From the NCBI GenBank assembly GCA_965228895.1, contig OZ245842.1:3008001-3072000 (forward strand): 64,000 bases of DNA, in the 5' to 3' direction. This document shows positions 58,220 to 64,000 of the stretch, piece after piece. Numbering within the stretch: position 1 is the stretch's first letter; every line of letters begins with the position of its first letter. This stretch comes from Alphaproteobacteria bacterium. Lineage in GTDB: Bacteria; Pseudomonadota; Alphaproteobacteria; SP197. Below the pieces are notes generated by a model. It had not been told where the DNA came from. It was given only the letters and a program-made list of their open reading frames with translations, and searched no databases. Made by a program: the position numbers and the translations under genes.

Positions 58220-58339
58220 GCTACGACCTCGTACCTCGGGGCGGAGACGGATTTATGTCTCGCAGCGGCGCCATGACACTGGACGAAACGGCCGGGATGC
58301 GGCTTCATGGCGCCAACAACCGGGGAGCGCGCGCCAAGC

Positions 58340-58954
58340 ATGGATCTTCACGTCTACGCAGCCTTTGTCGTCGCAACGGCCATCATGATCTTTCTGCCCG
58401 GGCCCAGCGTCATCCTGACCGTCGCTCACGGCATCTCTTTCGGTTGGCAGCGCGCACTTGTGACCGTGGCGGGCGCGACCGCAGGTGTCGGCGTGCAGCT
58501 CATGATCGCCACCATCGGCCTCGTCTCACTGTTGCATGTCGTTGCCGAAGCCTTCGAATGGCTGCGCTGGGCGGGCGCGCTCTACCTCGTCTATCTGGGC
58601 ATCAAGCAATGGCGTAGCGCCGCGGTGCCACGCGACGATACCGCGCCGCCGGCATCGCGCAAGAGCCTCTTCGTGCAGGGCCTCGTCATCACCATTCCCA
58701 ATCCCAAGAGCCTGATCTTCATCGCGGCGTTCCTGCCCCAGTTCCTTGATGCCGCACGTCCGTTGGAAACCCAGTTCGCGATCATCGTGCCGACATTTCT
58801 GGTCATCACCTTTGTCGTCACCGGCGTCTGGGCTGTCGCCGCCGGCAAGGCCCGGCAGTTCCTGAGGAGCCCCAAGGCGCAGCGCGTCGTGGCGCGCGTC
58901 TCCGGCAGCCTGATGATCGCCGCCGGCGCCGGCCTTGCGCTGGCGCGGCGTTGA
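58340..58954 (+). CDS. LysE/RhtB family translocator
   Basis: LPGPSV, LRWAGALYLVYLG, NPKSLIF.AAFLPQF. Confidence 0.9.
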   Translation: MDLHVYAAFVVATAIMIFLPGPSVILTVAHGISFGWQRALVTVAGATAGVGVQLMIATIGLVSLLHVVAEAFEWLRWAGALYLVYLGIKQWRSAAVPRDDTAPPASRKSLFVQGLVITIPNPKSLIFIAAFLPQFLDAARPLETQFAIIVPTFLVITFVVTGVWAVAAGKARQFLRSPKAQRVVARVSGSLMIAAGAGLALARR

Positions 58955-58968
58955 CCCGAGACACGCCC

Positions 58969-59595
58969 ATGGAAAGCGCGTGGTTGACATGGGCCAAGAG
59001 ACTTCAGGCTATCGCTGCGACCGGCCTGCATTACTGCGAGGACGCCTTTGATCGGGAGCGCTACGAAGAAATCGACCAGATCGCGCAATCGATGATCGCC
59101 GAACTCGGCGCGCTACCAATCGAACAGGTTAAAGGCCTGCTGGCCGATCCCGCCATGGGTGGTTACGCGACACCCAAGATTGACGTACGGGCCGCGGTGA
59201 TCAGCGACGGCAAGGTCCTGCTTGTGCGCGAGCGCGGTGACGGCCGATGGTCCCTGCCCGGTGGCATGGCCGATGTCGGTCGCTCGGCAACGGAAAATGT
59301 GGTCAAGGAAGTCTGGGAGGAAGCCGGCCTGCGGGTCGACGTGACGGACCTCTATAGTGTGCGCCACCGTGCCAAGTACGCCTATGATCCCGATATCCGT
59401 GACTTCTACAAACTTCATTTTCTTTGCCGGCAAACCGATGGTGCATCGCCCAAACCCGGCCTGGAGACAAGCGCTGTGGCATTCTTTTCGCCCGATGATC
59501 TGCCGGAATTGTCGACCGAACGTATTCTGGCAAGCGACATCGATGCAGCCTTTGCCTTTCATGCCGGCGCGTCGCGCCAGACTCATTTCGACTAA
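58969..59595 (+). CDS. NUDIX hydrolase with Nudix_N domain
   Basis: LQAIAATGL...FDRERY, GYATPKIDVRA, LPGGMADVG...KEVWEEAG. Confidence 0.9.
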   Translation: MESAWLTWAKRLQAIAATGLHYCEDAFDRERYEEIDQIAQSMIAELGALPIEQVKGLLADPAMGGYATPKIDVRAAVISDGKVLLVRERGDGRWSLPGGMADVGRSATENVVKEVWEEAGLRVDVTDLYSVRHRAKYAYDPDIRDFYKLHFLCRQTDGASPKPGLETSAVAFFSPDDLPELSTERILASDIDAAFAFHAGASRQTHFD

Positions 59596-59599
59596 GGGG

Positions 59600-59820
59600 A
59601 ACGCAGCAACCGTGTGTCTCGACAACCATGTGGTCGCCGCACCGTGCGGGCCTCCCAAGAGCCGGCAATGAGCGGCGTCACCTTCACCGTTTATCCGCTG
59701 GATCCGGACTTGCCGAGCAATCGGTACGGCGGACGCACCACGCTTTTCGAACGTGCAGGTTTTCTAGAAGTTGGCCGGGCGGGCACGCGCCGTTTCGATT
59801 TGCGCATTGCCTTCCGTTGA
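59600..59820 (+). pseudogene. Degenerate C-terminal fragment of a GNAT acetyltransferase
   Basis: VYPLDPDLPSNRYGG...LFERAGFLEVGRAGTRR resembles a GNAT subfamily C-terminus; N-terminal part absent. Confidence 0.5.
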
Positions 59821-59848
59821 CATGGTACCAAGAACAAAAGGCCCCTTG

Positions 59849-60469
59849 ATGACCGATGTATCACTGACACTCGCCCTAGAGCACCGCCGGACCTGCCGGG
59901 AGTTCGACAGCCGCGCCCTGCCGCTACCGGTGGTGCATCGCCTGCTGTGGGCGGCCCAAGGCATCACCGGCGCCATGGGCGAGCGTACGGCGCCGTCGGC
60001 CCATGCGCTGCATCCCCTGCGCCTGGTGCTGGTGGTCGGCGCGGTCGAGGGGCTGGAGTCCGGCGTCTATGCCGCCGACCCGCAGACCGGGCGGCTGACC
60101 ATGACCGTGCACCGGGATGTCCGTGGCGAATTGCAGGCCGCCGCGCTCGACGACCAGCCATGGATCGGTCTTGCGCCTTTCATGCTGACCTTGTGCGCGG
60201 ACTTCGTGACGCCGGCGAAAGACTTTGCCGATCAGCCGCCCTATGGCCAGCGCGGCGAACGCTACGTCTATATCGAAGCCGGCGCGGCCGCCCAGAACGT
60301 GCAGCTTCAGGCGGTGTCGGAAGGGCTCGGCTGCGTCCTCGTCGCCGGTTTCAAGGACGAGGCGACGGCGGGCCTGCTCGACCTCAAACCCCCGCTCGCC
60401 CCGGTGCTGCATCTGTGCCTGGGCTGGCCGCAAATCCCCGACGGCACCGTCGACCTGTTCTCCGCATAG
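59849..60469 (+). CDS. SagB/ThcOx-like nitroreductase family dehydrogenase
   Basis: RRTCREF, LLWAAQGIT, RTAPSAHALHP, YGQRGERYVYIEAGAAAQN. Confidence 0.88.
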   Translation: MTDVSLTLALEHRRTCREFDSRALPLPVVHRLLWAAQGITGAMGERTAPSAHALHPLRLVLVVGAVEGLESGVYAADPQTGRLTMTVHRDVRGELQAAALDDQPWIGLAPFMLTLCADFVTPAKDFADQPPYGQRGERYVYIEAGAAAQNVQLQAVSEGLGCVLVAGFKDEATAGLLDLKPPLAPVLHLCLGWPQIPDGTVDLFSA

Positions 60470-60523
60470 GACAAAAAGCCGATAATGCGTCCCTCGCCAT
60501 GACGTCAAAGGGGGACCCATCCG

Positions 60524-61084
60524 ATGGCATCGAAAGCGCGCAAGGCGCCATCACAAGCCGATATCAAGATCTTCATGCTGTCGACCGTCTCGCTTTCGGT
60601 CGCGGCTTGGGACATCGCGTTCAATCTGGGCGTCTTCAACACGATCTTCTTCGACAAGGTTTTCACGGTCTGGGCCGCCTCGACGGCGGCGCTGATCGCC
60701 AGTTTCTTCGTGCCGCCACCCGACGACCGCAAACGCCTGGTCAGCTGGCGTGGCCGGTTTGTGTTGCTGATCCCGACACTGTGGATGTTGGTCGATCTTG
60801 AGTCGGGCGTCAGCCTGACGGGCACCGAGATCGACACCCATCTCTCCTGGCTGTCGCTTGTCGTCGCGCTGGTCACCCTGCCCTACACGCTCTACGTGCT
60901 CGTCATCATGGTGACGCCCGACCTGATCAACCTGAAACAGCCCCGCTACTTCGCCGCCATGTTCGTCATCGTCGCCTTCATCGCCGCCGTCGGCCTTGCG
61001 GTCGGTCATTACAACGAGGATTTCCTGACCTGCCAGGACTTCATCATCTCCGGCAACGACACGCCGGCGCGCTGCAAGGGGTGA
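60524..61084 (+). CDS. Hypothetical membrane protein
   Basis: About five TM segments, C-terminal LTCQDF.ISGND.P..C motif, AGGGGG RBS. Confidence 0.7.
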   Translation: MASKARKAPSQADIKIFMLSTVSLSVAAWDIAFNLGVFNTIFFDKVFTVWAASTAALIASFFVPPPDDRKRLVSWRGRFVLLIPTLWMLVDLESGVSLTGTEIDTHLSWLSLVVALVTLPYTLYVLVIMVTPDLINLKQPRYFAAMFVIVAFIAAVGLAVGHYNEDFLTCQDFIISGNDTPARCKG

Positions 61085-61121
61085 GGTAGGCGAACGATCA
61101 GTTCTTGAGTCTGGAAGGTGA

Positions 61122-62603
61122 CTAAGTCTTTGCCAGCGGCCCAAGTGCCTTGATGAGCGGCTGCAGTTCGGCCTCATACATCTTCCAGCGGCCTACCGAG
61201 GAGCTGTAGAGCGGCTGGCGGACCTGCCAGGTGCTTGCCGTTACGACGGTGCGTTTGTTTTCGAAGAACCTCTCGCACCGTGGGTGCCAATCCAGTCCGC
61301 AGAAAGCAAGAAGGTCGCGCGACACCGCCTCCTGGTTCTCGATCATGTCCTCATAGGAAAGATCGTAAATCGGGAGTGGCAGCACCTCCCGCCAGTGGGT
61401 CATGAGGTCATGGTAAAGGCGGTAGTAGTGGGCGAGATCGTCGAGATCGAACGTGTGTTCCATGCCCGTGGCGAACTTCTTGAAGTAGCACGACAGGCAG
61501 ACATCGAGTGGCGAACGCATGCAATGAATGATACGCGCGTTCGGAAACATAATGGCGATCAAGCCGAGATGCCGAAAGTTTGCCGGGTTCTTGTCGACGG
61601 TCCGTGCGGCACCCGATGCCAAGGTCGCCGTGCGGTGCAGGTACGCATCGGCAAACTGGCGGTGCGCAGTGACATCCATGTCGCGGAGACAACCGGGATA
61701 GATGGCGCCGGGTTTTGATTGGGCAGGAAGCGCGTTCGCGATGTCGGTGAGATCGCCCAGTTCGCCGAGCCCGGCTACCTTTGGGTGACTGGAGAGGATC
61801 TGCTCCACCAATGTCGTTCCCGAACGCGCCATGCCGACGATGAAGATCGGCGCGTCGCTTTCAACGCCATGGCCGGCATAACGATCGAACAGCGTCTTGT
61901 CGAAGACCAACTTCTGGTCGGCAGTGAAGGTCTCCTCCCACGTTCTGTCGTAGCTGCCCGCCATGAGGCGGTTGGCGTCGCGAAAGTGCGCGAAAGCAGG
62001 AGATGGTTTGCCCATGTCATCGTGCATTTTGCCTGCGGCAAAGTGCAAAAAGCAGCGCTCGGATTTTGAGAGATTCGATGTCTTGCAAAGTGCCTCGACC
62101 CTGTCGACCGTGCCGTCGCCCCGCTTGAACTTGTGCGACAAGGAAAGGCTGAAGTAGGCCTCGGCGAAGTCAGGCTTCAGGCTGATTGCCCGGTTCAGAT
62201 GCCGGCGCGCGGCCGCCATGTCACCCAGGCGCTGATCGATCACCCCGAGATTGTAGTAGGGCAACGGATCGGAAGAGTCGATCTTGATGGCCGTCTTAAG
62301 GTAGCGCTGCGCGGCCTTCAGATCGTCCATGGCGAACGCGGCGATACCCAGTTGGGTCCAGGTCTTGGCGTGTTTTTTGTTCTTCTTGAGGATGTGTCGA
62401 AACACCTCGCCAGCCTCTAGATGTCGACCAGCCTTCTGCAGCGCCATGCCCTGGTTGAATCTGACAAGGATTTCCGGAACCAGAGGTTGCTCGGTGTTAC
62501 GTGTTGTCGCCGGCATAGGCTTGTGCCGCGCAACTCTTTCGCCAGAAGTCGCCATGCGCATCGACCTTGAGTCCAAAGAGTTATTTGATCTAATCTTTGG
62601 CAT
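61122..62603 (-). CDS. TPR-containing sulfotransferase family protein
   Basis: N-terminal TPRs; PIFIVGMARSGTTLVEQILSSH, DKNPAN, IIHCMRSPLDVCLS, TASTWQVRQP. Start uncertain. Confidence 0.9.
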   Translation of the reverse strand: MPKIRSNNSLDSRSMRMATSGERVARHKPMPATTRNTEQPLVPEILVRFNQGMALQKAGRHLEAGEVFRHILKKNKKHAKTWTQLGIAAFAMDDLKAAQRYLKTAIKIDSSDPLPYYNLGVIDQRLGDMAAARRHLNRAISLKPDFAEAYFSLSLSHKFKRGDGTVDRVEALCKTSNLSKSERCFLHFAAGKMHDDMGKPSPAFAHFRDANRLMAGSYDRTWEETFTADQKLVFDKTLFDRYAGHGVESDAPIFIVGMARSGTTLVEQILSSHPKVAGLGELGDLTDIANALPAQSKPGAIYPGCLRDMDVTAHRQFADAYLHRTATLASGAARTVDKNPANFRHLGLIAIMFPNARIIHCMRSPLDVCLSCYFKKFATGMEHTFDLDDLAHYYRLYHDLMTHWREVLPLPIYDLSYEDMIENQEAVSRDLLAFCGLDWHPRCERFFENKRTVVTASTWQVRQPLYSSSVGRWKMYEAELQPLIKALGPLAKT

Positions 62604-62911
62604 ATAACTCTTTCGATAAATAAATCTCTCACCAATATTACCTGACTATTGTTAACGATCTGTGTCGAATACGCAAATCTTCAACAATCGGCGCGATCTT
62701 GATCGCGTTGATGTTGCGAGTTTTGAACGGGATATTGTCTGGTCGTGTTTTTGCGCGGCACGCCGGCTTAAGCCGTGTCGGGCCAGCGCCAAAGCAGCCT
62801 TGCGTCATGGCGCGCTCGTGCCCGGGCGATACCACGCCGAACGATCGGCGCACCGACGGAGCGCCGCGCCAACACAAGGCGCGTCAACAGCAATGAAAGG
62901 ATGAAGTGAAG

Positions 62912-62928
62912 TGGCGTCCCCAGGGGGA
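62912..62928 (-). mobile_element. tRNA-Glu-like 3' end fragment, probable att site of an integrative element
   Basis: Reverse complement TCCCCCTGGGGACGCCA resembles the T-arm 3' half, acceptor stem and CCA of tRNA-Glu; the rest of the tRNA is absent; GC drops to the right. Confidence 0.6.
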
Positions 62929-63085
62929 CGCACGCGCCATCACCCATCGGCGCGACCGGTCGTCAGGCTTTAGATCTCAGTCAGACTAGGTCCGCTCTTG
63001 AGGGCTTAGCGGTCGGCCAGAGCAACATGCTCCAACACCTGTTGATAGCCATAGGTGGACGTTTCTGGTGTCCCCTGATTACCTT

Positions 63086-63850
63086 CTAAAAACGCGGGGT
63101 CCTTCGGGGACGCTTTGACATCCACTGAGATGCGTAGTGTCCGACCGACGCCCGCGCTCTTCGTTGATTGTATGATTTTATCTTGTCAAAAATTGGTTGA
63201 GAGTTGAAACCGCCTTTGCGGCAGCAGTCGACAAAATCCTCTTTTCCGATCAAGGCAATGTACGCTTGAGAATCTGAATTCGTTGGAATGAGTAACCAAA
63301 GGTCGTGCCGTCCAATGTCTTCACCAAAATCAACAAAGACGGGCACACTACTGGTGAACCATTCCATAAAGAGTCTACTGAACATTGGAAAAATGCTCAT
63401 TATCAACGGCTGTTGAGAAACACTTAGTCCATGATCTCTGACCGTTTCGTTGAATTGTTTGAGATCCCTCTTTCGGCGACGGCCGTCAACAACCCACACC
63501 ATACTCCCGTAAAATGCTTCACGTGACCGTCGCTCCACTGGATTGATGTGCGAGTGCTGAAACTCGATTACCAAGTCCTGATCTGTCTTCACATCGGCTA
63601 CATGTTTCTCGCCATCATCTGCCCAACACACACCTTCCTGCCACTTAACAGGAAAGTGGTTCTTCCATTTGCGGTGCCACTCGGTTTCGCTTTCCCACCA
63701 GGAGTCGCATTTCCGTTTAGCCTTGTGTGCCCAGTGCCAGATGTTCTTTTCACCACATTTGGCGATGGTCGCTCCCCCACACACTAAACACTCACCCCGC
63801 AGGTGCGGTTGGGCTTCCTGGCGTTGTCCGTCAACATTGGCGAATTTCAT
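63086..63850 (-). CDS. CoiA-like protein (zinc ribbon plus PD-(D/E)XK-type nuclease)
   Basis: CLVC, KCG...WHWAH, ESETEWHRKWK, HVADV, IEFQHS, WVVD; GAGG RBS; low GC. Confidence 0.85.
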   Translation of the reverse strand: MKFANVDGQRQEAQPHLRGECLVCGGATIAKCGEKNIWHWAHKAKRKCDSWWESETEWHRKWKNHFPVKWQEGVCWADDGEKHVADVKTDQDLVIEFQHSHINPVERRSREAFYGSMVWVVDGRRRKRDLKQFNETVRDHGLSVSQQPLIMSIFPMFSRLFMEWFTSSVPVFVDFGEDIGRHDLWLLIPTNSDSQAYIALIGKEDFVDCCRKGGFNSQPIFDKIKSYNQRRARASVGHYASQWMSKRPRRTPRF

Positions 63851-63894
63851 TGTGCACCTCTTAGTGCAACCCTCTACCCGCGCAGGCAGGCCAA

Positions 63895-64000
63895 CTACCG
63901 TGCCAACGCGTTCAGAAGCAGCCCGATAAACACAGCCCACAGCGCCAGCGTCACATGCCACAGCCGGATCGGTTTCTGCAATTGGCTGATGGGTTCGACC
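63895..64000 (-). CDS. 3' end of a hypothetical protein with a C-terminal TM helix (partial)
   Basis: ...VEPISQLQKPIRLWHVTLALWAVFIGLLLNALAR*, open to the window edge. Confidence 0.45.
   Translation of the reverse strand, partial: VEPISQLQKPIRLWHVTLALWAVFIGLLLNALAR

Noticed and set aside
59849-60469. SagB-like dehydrogenase as part of a RiPP cluster using the WREL peptides as precursors
   Set aside because: No YcaO, E1-like or transporter genes nearby; the peptides lie 10 kb away and look like TM helices; stand-alone SagB-like nitroreductases are common.

Overview
GC-rich alphaproteobacterial (Rhodospirillales-like, inferred from gene content and codon style) chromosomal segment of about 70 genes. 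Most are metabolic or housekeeping: YjgR/DUF853 ATPase, MscS channel, zur-znuCB, diaminopropionate ammonia-lyase plus dihydropyrimidinase, a TRAP transporter plus amidase, a circularly permuted ATP-grasp/alpha-E/transglutaminase cluster, LpxH-like phosphoesterase plus GT4, MFS/ArsR, and others. No intact rRNA or tRNA gene, CRISPR array or transposase was seen. Four things stand out. (1) Three paralogous 37-39 aa membrane microproteins, missed by the ORF track, at 46.5-49.7 kb. They share W-R-E-L-x2-Y-x4-T-x3-V-x-N-x5-L-x2-F-stop, and two carry similarly positioned CRP/FNR-type boxes. (2) An ECF sigma/anti-sigma pair divergent from an operon encoding a secreted 619 aa Ala/Ser/Gly/Asp silk- or amyloid-like repeat protein, a small related secreted protein and a lipoprotein. 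A shared GGAATAGA-N10-TTGC motif faces both directions. (3) Four copies of a ~135-140 bp double-hairpin interspersed repeat with compensatory stem changes. (4) A 17 bp tRNA-Glu-like 3' fragment that probably marks the boundary of a lower-GC island running off the right edge. All family assignments come from motif recognition by eye; no database search was run.
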